In this document: positions 23,331-33,287 of the stretch, piece after piece
How the letters are laid out: each line of letters begins with the position of its first letter
How positions within the stretch are numbered: position 1 is the first letter of the stretch
DNA from: an uncultured Pseudomonadota bacterium
Lineage (GTDB): Bacteria > Pseudomonadota > Alphaproteobacteria > JACZXZ01
Assembly (NCBI GenBank): GCA_963749075.1
Contig: CAVVLJ010000023.1
Coordinates: 32,001-96,000 of the forward strand
DNA: 64,000 bases
Direction: 5' to 3'
The notes under the pieces: model-generated
The model's input: only the letters and a program-made list of their open reading frames with translations
The model's database searches: none
Told to the model about the DNA's origin: nothing
Position numbers and translations under genes: made by a program

Positions 23331-24323
23331 TCAGGCGTTGACGCGCGGAATGACCTCCTCGGCGAACATCTGCATCTGCTCCAGGCGCTCGGCCATGCTG
23401 TCGCCCGAGACGTGCAGCACGTTGAAGTGCGCAACACCCGCGGCGGCCACGGCGCGGATCTTCTCGCTCACTTCCTCGGGCGTGCCGATCCAGTTGGCCG
23501 CCAGCACGGGCTCGAGCGGCTGGCGGCGCTGCTCGAGGCGGAACTTGCCTTGGCGGCTCGCCGTGTAGGCCGCGACAGCCTTCTCCCGCGTGGAGGCCAG
23601 GCGAATCTCGCCCTCGGCGATGAGATCGATGTCGGCGAGGCTGCGGCCGTGCTTCTCGCAGACCGGCTTCAGCGCCTCGAGCCGCTCGCGCGCCGCCGCC
23701 GCCGCGACCATGATGCCGAGGCCGTGGTGCGCCACGCGCTCGAGCGCCTCGGGCGTGCGGCCGGGCACATAGATGGGAAAGGGATTCTGGATGGGCTTGG
23801 GGTCGAGGCGGATGTCGCGGAACTCGGTATATTCGCCGGAGAACTGCACCTTGCCATTGCCGGGCGAGAGGAGGAGGCGCAAGGCCTCGATGCATTCCTC
23901 GAGCAGCGTGCCGCGGCGCGCCTTGCGGTCGCGCGGCTTGATCGCGACGTACTCGTCCCGGCACATGCCGAGACCGAGGCCGAGGAGGAAGCGGCCGTTG
24001 CTGAAATTGTCCAGCGTCGCCGCCTCCTTGGCGAGGATCACGGGGTCCCGCAAGGGGGCGAGCAGCACGCCCGTGCCGAGCTTGATCGTCTTGGTGCGCG
24101 CGGCGCAGAAGGCGAGCGTCACCATCGGCTCGTACCAGTTGGGCGGGAGCTTGTCCGGCACGCCGTAATCGGGCGTTGCGGTCACGAAATCGGTCGCCCA
24201 GACCGCGTTGTAGCCGAGCCGCTCTGCGGCCACTACGGTCTCGACGATCTCCTCTGGCCCCGCGAAGGGAACCGGCACGAAGACGCCCTCGCGGCAGGTG
24301 GGAATCTCGATATCGAAGATCAT
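23331..24323 (-). CDS. LLM-class oxidoreductase, probably F420-dependent
   Basis: AERLGYNAVWATD, IKLGTGVLLAPLRDPVILAKEAATLD, PKPIQNPFPIYV. Confidence 0.85.
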   Translation of the reverse strand: MIFDIEIPTCREGVFVPVPFAGPEEIVETVVAAERLGYNAVWATDFVTATPDYGVPDKLPPNWYEPMVTLAFCAARTKTIKLGTGVLLAPLRDPVILAKEAATLDNFSNGRFLLGLGLGMCRDEYVAIKPRDRKARRGTLLEECIEALRLLLSPGNGKVQFSGEYTEFRDIRLDPKPIQNPFPIYVPGRTPEALERVAHHGLGIMVAAAAARERLEALKPVCEKHGRSLADIDLIAEGEIRLASTREKAVAAYTASRQGKFRLEQRRQPLEPVLAANWIGTPEEVSEKIRAVAAAGVAHFNVLHVSGDSMAERLEQMQMFAEEVIPRVNA

Positions 24324-24579
24324 TCGGCCTCCCGATGTCCGTATGGTGCGGACATTTCCGTCGCTCGCCACAGCCTGGATGCTATATACGATGCGAAGCG
24401 CAGTCGTTGTCGCGGCAAGTCTCGTCCCCTCCGGCCTTGGCACACACCGGAGCAGCGATCTTCGCACGCGGGAAAGTCGGGCGAAAATAAATAGTTTTGA
24501 TCTTCGATACCGGAATGCTTGAAGCGTCGCCGGCGGCCGGGGCCGCGCCGCTCGCCATTGCCCCGGCAGGCGGGAAGCC

Positions 24580-25515
24580 ATGAATATCGTTCTGGCCCAG
24601 ACCTTCCTCGAGATCGTCTCGAGCGGCAACTTCAACAAGGCGGCCGACCGCCTGCACGTGACGCAATCGACCGTCACCATGCGCATCAACGCGCTCGAGG
24701 ACATCCTCGGCCAGAAGCTCTTGATCCGCAACCGCGCCGGCGTCGAGCTCACCACCACGGGATCGAAGTTCCGCCGCTACGCCGAGATGCTCGTGCAGAT
24801 CTGGCATCAGGCGCGCCAGGAGATCGCGCTGCCGTCGGACTTCGAGGCCGTGTTCAACATCGGCATCGATCCGCACCTGTGGGAGGGCCCGGGCCGCCAC
24901 TGGCTGCTCTGGATGCGCCGCGAGCTGCCGCAGATCGCCCTCTCCGTGCGGGTCGGCGATTCCCACGCGCTCCTCCACTGGCTCTCCCAGGGCCTCCTCG
25001 ACTTCGCCCTCGAATACAACCCCCAGGCCCGCCCAGGTCTGCGCGTCGACAAGCTCTTCGACGACCGCCTGGTCGTCGCCTCGACGGTGCCGCGCGAGCC
25101 CGTGCGCTGGCACCCGCTCTACGTCTATGTCGACTGGGGCGAGGATTTCCGCAAGACGCACTCGGCCACCTTTCCGGACGAGGAGACGCCCGGCGTCACC
25201 ATCGCGCACGGCGATTGGGCGCTGCGCTTCATCTACGATTACGGCGGCTCGGGCTATTTTCCCTTGCGCCAGATCGAGACGGAGCTCGCGGAAGGCCGCC
25301 TCCACATCGTGCGGTCGCCCGAGTTCCGCCGCACCGTCTACGCCGTCTATTTCGAGCGCACGCTGCAGATCGAGTGGTTCCGCAAGGCCTTCGAGGGCTT
25401 GCGGGCCCTCTGCGAGCCCTATGCGCTGGCAAGCGGGCCCGACGCCGCTCCCGGGAAGCGCGCGGCCCGGCGTCCGCGGCGGCGGCGCAAGGAGGCCCGG
25501 GTCCGGCAAGTCTAA
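24580..25515 (+). CDS. LysR-family regulator (HdfR-like)
   Basis: TFLEIVSSGNFNKAADRLHVTQSTVTMRINALE; YVYVDWG. Confidence 0.88.
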   Translation: MNIVLAQTFLEIVSSGNFNKAADRLHVTQSTVTMRINALEDILGQKLLIRNRAGVELTTTGSKFRRYAEMLVQIWHQARQEIALPSDFEAVFNIGIDPHLWEGPGRHWLLWMRRELPQIALSVRVGDSHALLHWLSQGLLDFALEYNPQARPGLRVDKLFDDRLVVASTVPREPVRWHPLYVYVDWGEDFRKTHSATFPDEETPGVTIAHGDWALRFIYDYGGSGYFPLRQIETELAEGRLHIVRSPEFRRTVYAVYFERTLQIEWFRKAFEGLRALCEPYALASGPDAAPGKRAARRPRRRRKEARVRQV

Positions 25516-25517
25516 GA

Positions 25518-26333
25518 TCACCGCCGGCTGTTCATGCTGATGACGAGGAAGAGGGCGAGGCCCACGGTCGAGATCAGCGTCGAGGCCGCCATCACCGAGG
25601 GATCACTCTTGAGATAGAGGGAATCGAGCATGACCTTGGGCACCGTGCCCGCGTCGAGGCCGCCCAAGAAGATCGGCATCACCACGTCGTCGAAGGACGT
25701 CATGAAGGCGAGAACGGCGCCGGCCGCGACGCCCGGCATGAGGAGCGGCAGGACGACGTAGCGGAAGCTCTTGACCGGCGTTGCACCGAGCGTGCGCGCC
25801 GCGCGCTCGAGATCGCGGTCGCGCCGCCTGATGGTCGAGGTGACGGCGATGACCACGAAGGGCATGGCGATGACCGTCTGGGCGAGCGCCACGCCGAGGC
25901 GCGTGCCGACCAGTCCGAAGGGGGCGAAGACCGCATAGATCGACATGCCGAGCGACATGTAGGGCACGGCCAAGGGCGCGAGGAAGAGGATCAAGAGGGC
26001 GTCGCGCACGATCGGGTGGGGCACGCGGCTGATGGCATAGGCGCTGATCGTGCCGACCGTCGTCGCGATGAGTGCTGTGAGGGCGCCGATGACGAGGGTG
26101 TTGGCGACCGCCTCCGTCCAGTAGGAACCGCTCAGGACCTCGAGGTACCAGCGGAGCGAGAAGCCCACGGGCGGGAAGGCCATGAACTCGTCGGAGGTGA
26201 AGGAGACGCTCGCCGCCACGAGGAGCGGCAGCACGAGGAAGACGAAAACGAGCACGAGCCCCGCTCTTGCCGTCCAGCGGCCCAGCCGGCTGAGCGCCGC
26301 TTGCATGACAGCGCTCGGTCGGGCGGCGCTCAT
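25518..26333 (-). CDS. ABC permease (PotC-like)
   Basis: FPPVGFSLRWY, LERAARTLGA EAA loop, AFMTSFDD. Confidence 0.88.
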   Translation of the reverse strand: MSAARPSAVMQAALSRLGRWTARAGLVLVFVFLVLPLLVAASVSFTSDEFMAFPPVGFSLRWYLEVLSGSYWTEAVANTLVIGALTALIATTVGTISAYAISRVPHPIVRDALLILFLAPLAVPYMSLGMSIYAVFAPFGLVGTRLGVALAQTVIAMPFVVIAVTSTIRRRDRDLERAARTLGATPVKSFRYVVLPLLMPGVAAGAVLAFMTSFDDVVMPIFLGGLDAGTVPKVMLDSLYLKSDPSVMAASTLISTVGLALFLVISMNSRR

Positions 26334-27193
26334 TCGCGGCCGTAGACGTCGCTCAGGCCCGTCACCCGCACATAGACCGCGGCTCCGAGGATCGAGATCA
26401 AGACCACGATCGAGGAGAGCGCCGAGCCCAGGCCCCAGAGCCCGAGATTGAGTGCCAAGTCGCGGATCTCCATGACGATGGTCGTCTGTGCGGCGCCGCC
26501 GAGCACGGCCGGCACCACGTAGAAGCCGAGCGAATAGACGAAGATCAGCATGGTGCCCGCGATCAGCCCCGGGCGGGTGAGCGGCAGGAAGATCTCCCAG
26601 AAGGCGCGGAACGCGGAGGCGCCGAGCGTGCGCGCGGCGGGCACCAGATGCACGCCCACCCGCATCATCGAGCCGAGGAGGATGAGGGTGATGAAGGGCA
26701 ACATGACATGGACCATGCCGACGATCACCCCCGTCTCGTTATAGACGAGCGGGATGGGTTGGCGCGAGACGCCGAGCCCCATGAGCGTCTCGTTGATGAG
26801 CCCATGGTCGCCCAGCACGACGAGCCACGAGAAGGTGCGCGGGACGGTGCCGACGGCGTAGGAGAAGAGCACCAGTCCGAGCATGAGCTGTCGGCTCCGT
26901 CCGCGCGCGCGGAAGATCGCATAAGCCGTAGGATAGCCGACGAGTAGGCAGCCGAGCGTGGCGCCCACCGCGGAGAAGATCGAATTCCACAGCACGCGCA
27001 GATAGAGCGAATCGCTGAAGATGGCGCGGTAGTTCTCCAGGCCTGTTTGCGGATCGGTGAGGCTGCTCCAGAACATGAGCGCGATGGGGGCGATGAAGAG
27101 GAAGCCCATCACCGCCATGCCCGGCGCCAGCCAGGCATAGCTCCTCACGTCGCGCAAGCTGGGCCAGAGACGCAATCCGGCGCTCCTCCGCAT
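26330..27193 (-). CDS. ABC permease (PotB-like)
   Basis: GYPTAY, GMVHVMLPF, AARTLGAS, GFYVVPAVLGG. Confidence 0.88.
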   Translation of the reverse strand: MRRSAGLRLWPSLRDVRSYAWLAPGMAVMGFLFIAPIALMFWSSLTDPQTGLENYRAIFSDSLYLRVLWNSIFSAVGATLGCLLVGYPTAYAIFRARGRSRQLMLGLVLFSYAVGTVPRTFSWLVVLGDHGLINETLMGLGVSRQPIPLVYNETGVIVGMVHVMLPFITLILLGSMMRVGVHLVPAARTLGASAFRAFWEIFLPLTRPGLIAGTMLIFVYSLGFYVVPAVLGGAAQTTIVMEIRDLALNLGLWGLGSALSSIVVLISILGAAVYVRVTGLSDVYGRE

Positions 27194-28290
27194 CACGGCG
27201 GGCGATCGACGACCACCGAGCGGTCCGGAAAGAGACCGATCGTGGCGGCCGTCCCGGGTTCCAGGATGGCGCCCGCCTCCTCGTTGCTCTGCGCCCTGAG
27301 GGTGATGCCGGCTTCGGCCGCGCGCAGCGCGTAAAGGGTGTGGGAGCCGTTGTAGAGCGCTTCCGTGATCTCGCAGACGACGGCGAGGCTGCCGCTCCCG
27401 GCGGCAGGCTTCATGGCGACGTTCTCGGGCCGGACGACGATGGTGACGGGCGTCCCGGCCGCGAGCTCGCCATGCGTCCTCACCCGATCGTGCGGGAGCC
27501 GCCAGTGGCCGAAGCTGGAGCTGACCGTGACGGTGCCGTCGTCCACGCGAACGACCTCGCCGTCGATCAGGTTGGCATCGCCGATGAAGCTCGCAATGTA
27601 GCGCGACGAGGGCAGGCGGTAGAGGCGGTCGGGCGAATCGACGTCGACGATGTTCCCGTTCCGCATGACCGCTACGCGGTCGGAGAGCGCCAGTGCCTCG
27701 GACTGGTCGTGGGTGACGTAGATGATGGTGACGCCGACGCGGCGGTGAAGCGCCTTGAGCTCGCCCTTCATGTAGTCGCGCAGGTTCTTGTCGAGTGCCG
27801 AGAGCGGCTCGTCGAGCAGCAGGAGCTTGGGGTCGAAGACCAGCGCGCGCGCGAGGGCCACGCGCTGCTGCTGGCCGCCGCTGATCTGGCTGGGGCGGCG
27901 TGCGCTCAAGCCCTCGATGCCGGCGAGCTTCATGATGTCCGACACCTTGGCGGCGATCTCGGCCGTCGGCAGCCGCCGCATGCGCAAGGGGAAGGCGACG
28001 TTCTGCCACACGGTCATGTGCGGGAAGAGGGCGTAGTCCTGGAACACCATGCCGATGCCGCGAGCCTCCGGCGGCAGCCCGGTGGTGTCGCGGCCGTCGA
28101 TGAGGACCTGCCCGGACTGGGGCTCTTCGAGGCCCGCGATGAGCCGCAAGACCGTGCTCTTGCCGCTGCCCGACGAGCCCAGCATCGAGAGGAACTCGCC
28201 AGCGCGAACCGCAAGGGAAATGCCCCGGACCGCGGGGACCTCGCCGAATTTCTTCGTCAGGCCGCTGATGACGACCGAAGCACCGGGCAT
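27193..28290 (-). CDS. ABC ATP-binding protein (PotA-like)
   Basis: GSSGSGKST, FQDYALFPH, ISGGQQQR, LLLDEP, TOBE-like tail. Confidence 0.92.
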   Translation of the reverse strand: MPGASVVISGLTKKFGEVPAVRGISLAVRAGEFLSMLGSSGSGKSTVLRLIAGLEEPQSGQVLIDGRDTTGLPPEARGIGMVFQDYALFPHMTVWQNVAFPLRMRRLPTAEIAAKVSDIMKLAGIEGLSARRPSQISGGQQQRVALARALVFDPKLLLLDEPLSALDKNLRDYMKGELKALHRRVGVTIIYVTHDQSEALALSDRVAVMRNGNIVDVDSPDRLYRLPSSRYIASFIGDANLIDGEVVRVDDGTVTVSSSFGHWRLPHDRVRTHGELAAGTPVTIVVRPENVAMKPAAGSGSLAVVCEITEALYNGSHTLYALRAAEAGITLRAQSNEEAGAILEPGTAATIGLFPDRSVVVDRPP

Positions 28291-28436
28291 GCACGCACTC
28301 TCGACAGCGACAAGAGAGGAGCAACGCGGCCGACGGTGAGGTGCGCTGCGGCACGGACGCGCACAGCACCGCCGCCGATGCCTCTCACTCTACTATGAGC
28401 GACGCTCGGAACCAAACACCGCCCGCCGGTCGGGCC

Positions 28437-29540
28437 TTACTTCACCCGCCAGCCGTCGTACTTCTGCTGCAGGCGGGCCTGGTTCTCGGCGTAGTAGTCG
28501 CGGTCGAGATGCACCATCTCGTTGATGTGGGTGATGGCGACCGAGTTCTTCTCCTGCTCGGTCATGCGCTTCGCCACGTCCGGCACCGCGGGGGAAGTCG
28601 GCCAGGTGCGGATGAACTTGAGCTCATCGTCCTCGTCGAAGAAGAGATTGAGGAACTGGTGCGCCTCGCGCACGTACTTCGAGTCCTTGGCGATGCCGAC
28701 GGCCGGGCTGAAATAGAAGCCCTGGTTGTACACCACATTGACCGGCTTGCCCGCGAGGTGTGCCGCGATGAAGTCGGTCGACCAGGTGAGCACCATGCTG
28801 ATCTCATTCTGGTACAGCATCTGGGCGACCTGATCGCTCGCCTGCGTGTTGTGGAAGACGCGGATGTTGGGGCGCAGGCGGTCGAGCATCTTGAAGGCGC
28901 GGTCCTCGTCGAGCGGATAGAGCTTGTCGGGTGCCACGCCGTCGGCCATGAGGGCCGCCTCGAGCACGCCGCCGACCCAGGTGCCGAGCGAGCGCGGGCC
29001 GGGGAAGTTCGCCACGTCCCAGAAGTCGCGCCAGGAATTGGGCGGCTTGCTCTTGTAGGCGTCGGTGCGGTAGCCGATCTGGTAGACGGTGATGTAGGGC
29101 GATACGGCATAGGGCGACTTGGTGCCCGGCAGCGCCGCCTTGGCGTTGGGCAGCCAGTCGTAATTCAGTTTCTCGACCAGACCCTCCTTGCCCGCGCGCA
29201 ACGGCTCCACCTCGTCGTCGAACCAGATCAGGTCGTAATGCTCGGGGTTGCCGTGCGTCATCGCGGTCTGGAATTTGCCGTAGCTGAAGGGCGTCACGTC
29301 CTTGATCTCGATGCCCGTGGCCGCCTTGAAGGGGTCCTCGAAGCCGGCGCGGATGCCCTTGCCGAAGCCGCCGCCCCAGGTGAGGAAGATGAGCGGGCCC
29401 TTGTCCGAGGCGGCGCGTGCCGCCCGCCAGGACGAGAGAATGCTCGGCAGCAGGAGTGCCGTGCCGCCCGCCGCCGTCGCGCGAAGCAGCCCGCGCCGCG
29501 AGATTGCGGTGCCCGTGGGCTCGTCTTTTTTTGTCGTCAT
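28437..29540 (-). CDS. Tat-exported ABC substrate-binding protein (PotD/F-like)
   Basis: SRRGLL twin-arginine signal; TWGG, DFWDVANFPGPR, LEAALMADGV. Confidence 0.88.
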   Translation of the reverse strand: MTTKKDEPTGTAISRRGLLRATAAGGTALLLPSILSSWRAARAASDKGPLIFLTWGGGFGKGIRAGFEDPFKAATGIEIKDVTPFSYGKFQTAMTHGNPEHYDLIWFDDEVEPLRAGKEGLVEKLNYDWLPNAKAALPGTKSPYAVSPYITVYQIGYRTDAYKSKPPNSWRDFWDVANFPGPRSLGTWVGGVLEAALMADGVAPDKLYPLDEDRAFKMLDRLRPNIRVFHNTQASDQVAQMLYQNEISMVLTWSTDFIAAHLAGKPVNVVYNQGFYFSPAVGIAKDSKYVREAHQFLNLFFDEDDELKFIRTWPTSPAVPDVAKRMTEQEKNSVAITHINEMVHLDRDYYAENQARLQQKYDGWRVK

Positions 29541-29779
29541 GGATGCTCCCTGTTCTGCGTGCTCGGCGGGCCCTCTCCCATCGCTCGGGCGAATGCCGGC
29601 GCGGGTGCGAGAGCCCGGCTCGAGAGCTCGATGTGCGCCGCGCGCGTGCCGCATGGCCGCCACGGGCATTACAGCTCGTATCCAACGGGGGCTACATGTG
29701 TAAATCGAAATATTTTGATTTCGAAATTCAAGTTTCTTGATTCGGCCCTCGTTGGCGCGGGCTTCTCGGGCCGTGCCGG

Positions 29780-30676
29780 CTAGCCGCCCGAGGCCGCGGG
29801 ATCGAGCAGGTCGCTGAGCCCGTCGCCGAGCATGTTGAAGCCGAGCACCGCGAGAAAGATCATGGCCGCCGGCGCGAGCACGAACCAGGGTGCGGTCTCG
29901 AGGTACTGGAAACCCACCTGCACCATCGAGCCCCAGGTCGCGGTCGGCGGCTGCGCGCCGAGACCGATGAAGCTCACGCTCGATTCCGTGATGACGGCGA
30001 AGCCGACGCCCAAGGTGGCCTGCACGATGACCGGGTTGATGGCGTTGGGCAGCATGTGGCGGAAGAGCACGCGCCAGGGCGGCACGCCGACCGCGTGTGC
30101 CGCGAGGATATAGTCGCTGTGCTTGAGGGAGAGGACCTGCCCGCGCACGAGGCGCGTGAAGGTCGGCACCGAGACGACCGCGATGGCGATCATGGCATTG
30201 AGCAGCCCCGGCCCGAGCACGGCCGCGATGGTGAGCGCCAGCACGAGCGGCGGCAGCGCCATGAGGCTGTCGAGGAGGCGCATCATGGCCTCGTCGATCG
30301 CCCCGCCCGCGTAGCCCGAGACCAGTCCGAGCGGCACGCCGATCGAGACCGCGATGAGCACCGCGGCCACGCTGACGGCGAGCGAGAGGCGAGCCGCGTA
30401 GATGACGCGCGTCGCGATGTCACGGCCGAGATCGTCGGTGCCGAGGGGGTGCGCCTCGCTCGGCGCCTCCAGCATCGCGCGGTAATCGATCTCGTCGGGC
30501 CCGTAGCGCGCGAGCTCGGGCGCCAGGATCGCGGCGCCCACCTCGAGGATCACCAGCACGATGCCGGCCGCGGCGAGCCGGTTGGCGAAGAGCCTGCGCC
30601 ACGCCGCGGCGAAGCCGCCGCGCCGCCTGAGCCGCCATGCGCGCGTTGTTGCCTTGGCGGCGAGCTGGCGCTCCAT
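29780..30676 (-). CDS. Peptide/nickel ABC permease (DppC-like)
   Basis: HPLGTDDLGRD, RLVRGQVLSLK, RHMLPN, FNMLGDGL. Confidence 0.9.
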   Translation of the reverse strand: MERQLAAKATTRAWRLRRRGGFAAAWRRLFANRLAAAGIVLVILEVGAAILAPELARYGPDEIDYRAMLEAPSEAHPLGTDDLGRDIATRVIYAARLSLAVSVAAVLIAVSIGVPLGLVSGYAGGAIDEAMMRLLDSLMALPPLVLALTIAAVLGPGLLNAMIAIAVVSVPTFTRLVRGQVLSLKHSDYILAAHAVGVPPWRVLFRHMLPNAINPVIVQATLGVGFAVITESSVSFIGLGAQPPTATWGSMVQVGFQYLETAPWFVLAPAAMIFLAVLGFNMLGDGLSDLLDPAASGG

Positions 30677-30685
30677 CGCCGGCCC

Positions 30686-31639
30686 TCAGGCCTGGCGCGT
30701 GCGCGGGTCGAGCAGGCCGTAGCTCACGTCGACCGCGAGGTTGGCCAGCACGACGACGAACGTGATGAGCAGTACCACCGCCTGGACCACGGGATAATCG
30801 CGGCTCAGGATGCCGTCGACGAGGAGGCGGCCCAAGCCCGGCACGCCGAAGATCGTCTCGGTCACCACGGCGCCGCTGAAGAGCGTGCCGAGCTGGATAC
30901 CGAGGACGGTCACCACCGGCAGCATGGCGTTCCTGAAAGCGTGGCGCAGGATGACCCGGCCTTCCCGAAGGCCCTTGGCGCGCGCGGTCTTGATGTAGGC
31001 GTGCCCGAGCACGTCGGCGAAGCTCGAGCGGCTCTGCCGCATGGCGATGGCGCCGACGCCCAGGCTCAAGGTCACCGCCGGCATGAGCGAGGTCCTGAAG
31101 CTTTCCCACGGGTCGGCGAAGAGGGAGACGTAGCCCGAGGGCGGCAGCCAGTGCCACTTGAGCGCCACGAAGTAGATGAGAACGCCGCCCACGAGGAAGT
31201 AGGGCATGGCGGCGCCCGCCAAGGCCGCGACCGTGCCGAGCCAGTCCTTCCAGGAGTTGGGGCTCGCCGCGGCGAGGACGCCGAGCGGGATGCCTATGAG
31301 GAGGGCCAAGAGCCAGGCGCTGAGGCCGATCTGCACCGTCGGCAGGATGCGCGGCTCCATGAGATGCCAGACGCGCTCGCGGCTCTGGATGGAGCGCCCG
31401 AAGTCGCCGGAGAGCAGCTTCGCCATCCAGCCGGCGTATTGCGCGTAGAGCGGCCGGTCGAGGCCGCTCTCGGCGCGCAGATCCGCGACGGTCTCGGCGC
31501 TGACCTCGCCCTGCGCCTGCCCCAGCATCAGCATGACCGGGTCGCCGGGGAGGAGGCGCATGAGAAAGAAGACGATGATCGAGGTCAGGAAGATGACCGG
31601 GATGGTGGCGAGAAGACGCCTGAGGATATATGCCGCCAT
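30686..31639 (-). CDS. Peptide/nickel ABC permease (DppB-like)
   Basis: YILRRLL, LPGDP, YIKTARAKGL, HAFRNA, ETIFGVPGLG, RDYPVVQ. Confidence 0.9.
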   Translation of the reverse strand: MAAYILRRLLATIPVIFLTSIIVFFLMRLLPGDPVMLMLGQAQGEVSAETVADLRAESGLDRPLYAQYAGWMAKLLSGDFGRSIQSRERVWHLMEPRILPTVQIGLSAWLLALLIGIPLGVLAAASPNSWKDWLGTVAALAGAAMPYFLVGGVLIYFVALKWHWLPPSGYVSLFADPWESFRTSLMPAVTLSLGVGAIAMRQSRSSFADVLGHAYIKTARAKGLREGRVILRHAFRNAMLPVVTVLGIQLGTLFSGAVVTETIFGVPGLGRLLVDGILSRDYPVVQAVVLLITFVVVLANLAVDVSYGLLDPRTRQA

Positions 31640-31657
31640 GCCGTCTCGCTCTCGCCT

Positions 31658-31987
31658 TCAGGGCACCTCGAGAAGCTCGAAGATGTCGGTATCGGTGCGC
31701 GAGAAAAGGAGGACGAGTCCCGCCGGGGTCTTCTCGTAGACGCGCGTCTCGGCGCCCTCGTAGACGAGCGGCGGGCGCTCCGGGCTGAGGCGGAAGTTCT
31801 CCATGTCCTCGCGCGTCTCCCAGGCCGTGATGCTGTAGCCCTTGAGCGGGTCCTTGCTCGAGAAGAGGATGTCGCGCGCGACGAAGCCCTTGGCCTTCCT
31901 CGCGAGCTCGGTGTTCTTCTTGAGGAGCGCCAAGGCCTGCTGCTTATTCTCTTCCGCAACGATATGCAAGGTGATCATCGTCACCAT
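31658..31987 (-). CDS. Antibiotic-biosynthesis-monooxygenase (ABM/Dabb)-like protein
   Basis: 109 aa; KAKGFVARDIL...ITAWETREDM; operonic spacing and RBS. Confidence 0.6.
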   Translation of the reverse strand: MVTMITLHIVAEENKQQALALLKKNTELARKAKGFVARDILFSSKDPLKGYSITAWETREDMENFRLSPERPPLVYEGAETRVYEKTPAGLVLLFSRTDTDIFELLEVP

Positions 31988-32007
31988 GGCCGGCACCTCT
32001 GGCTCCG

Positions 32008-33042
32008 TTATGCGTCGACGCCGGCGAGCTCGCAGGCGCGGGGGAACACCTCCTCGGCGAAGCTCCTGACGACCGAGGCGGCGCTCTGCCCGGCGATGCA
32101 GTGCGGTCGGATCGTGACTTGCGTGATCTTGGGGCCGAGCGCCCGCGCGAGCTGCCCTGCTACGCGCTCGGGATTGCCGGCGAGCACCATGGACTCGACG
32201 ATTTCGCCGGGGAGGAGTGCCGCCGCCTCGCGCGCGAGCGTAGGATCGCGCCGCGCCGCGATCTCGACGAAGGCCTCGGGCAGCTCGAGGCCGAGCGCCT
32301 CGAGGTAGTCCCAGTGGGGATATTGCGTCATCACCCGCTGAGCCGCGCGCAGCCGCATCACCGCGTAGGCCGCGTCGTCGTCCTCGGCGATCGCGGCCTC
32401 GACCCGGAGGCCGATGTCGAGCGAACCGGGGTCGCGGCCCGCCTTCGCCATGCCCTCCTCGAGCTGGCTCACGTAGAACGCGAAGGCCTCGGGGACGAGC
32501 GTGTTGGCGATGAGCACGCCGTCGGCGATCTCGCCGGCCAAGCGGGCGATCTGGGCGCCATGGGTCGCGAAATAGATGGGGATGCGCGCGCGCAACGGCT
32601 TGAAGGAAAGACTTCCGCCCGCCAGCGAGACGACTTTGCCCTCCCGCGTGACGCGCTCGCCGCGCAAGAGATCGCGCACCATCTGGACGGCCTCGCGCAT
32701 CGCGGCTACCGGCAGCTTGCGCTCGATGCCGAGCTCGCGGAAGCCGGCGCCGCCGATCCCCAGGCCCAAGAGCGCGCGTCCGCCCGCAAGCTCGTCGAAG
32801 GTGGCGATGGTGCTCGCCGTGACCGCGGGATGGCGCGAGTAGGGGTCGGTGACGCCGGGCCCGAGGAGGAGCGTGCTCGTCCGTGCCGCGACCGCCGCGA
32901 GCCCGAGGTAGCACTCGCGCGCCAAGCGCACGTCGGCGTACCACAAATAGCGGTAGCCGATGGCCTCGCTGAGCCGGCCGAGCTCGACGAGCTCGGAGGT
33001 GGCGTAGTCCGCATTGAGGAGCACGCCGAGAGCCGGAGGCAT
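32008..33042 (-). CDS. LLM-class oxidoreductase (Mer-like), probably F420-dependent
   Basis: LGPGVTDPYSRHPAVTASTIATFDELAGGRALLGLG, LAGEIADGV. Confidence 0.85.
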   Translation of the reverse strand: MPPALGVLLNADYATSELVELGRLSEAIGYRYLWYADVRLARECYLGLAAVAARTSTLLLGPGVTDPYSRHPAVTASTIATFDELAGGRALLGLGIGGAGFRELGIERKLPVAAMREAVQMVRDLLRGERVTREGKVVSLAGGSLSFKPLRARIPIYFATHGAQIARLAGEIADGVLIANTLVPEAFAFYVSQLEEGMAKAGRDPGSLDIGLRVEAAIAEDDDAAYAVMRLRAAQRVMTQYPHWDYLEALGLELPEAFVEIAARRDPTLAREAAALLPGEIVESMVLAGNPERVAGQLARALGPKITQVTIRPHCIAGQSAASVVRSFAEEVFPRACELAGVDA

Positions 33043-33069
33043 GTGGCGCTCTCCCGACCGGCCGGCGCC

Positions 33070-33270
33070 CTAACCCGCCTTCAGCGCCTCCCTCGTCTCG
33101 GGTGCACCTCCGATGACCCAGTTCTCCTTGGCGATGTTCTCGAAGATGACGTGGACGCCGTCGCGCTTGGAGCCGCCGATGCGGACCAGCGCATCGGTGA
33201 TGATCTCGGCGATCCGGCGCTTCTTCTCGACCGAACGGCCCTCGTAAAAGGCGACACGAACGACCGGCAT
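33070..33270 (-). CDS. 4-oxalocrotonate tautomerase family protein
   Basis: 66 aa; Pro-1 after Met, EGRSVEKK, NWVIGG; RBS GAGGAGG. Confidence 0.88.
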   Translation of the reverse strand: MPVVRVAFYEGRSVEKKRRIAEIITDALVRIGGSKRDGVHVIFENIAKENWVIGGAPETREALKAG

Positions 33271-33287
33271 GTCTCTCTCCTCCTCGC

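Noticed and set aside
32008-33042. True methylene-H4MPT reductase (mer)
   Set aside because: No H4MPT/C1 pathway genes in the window; only family-level similarity
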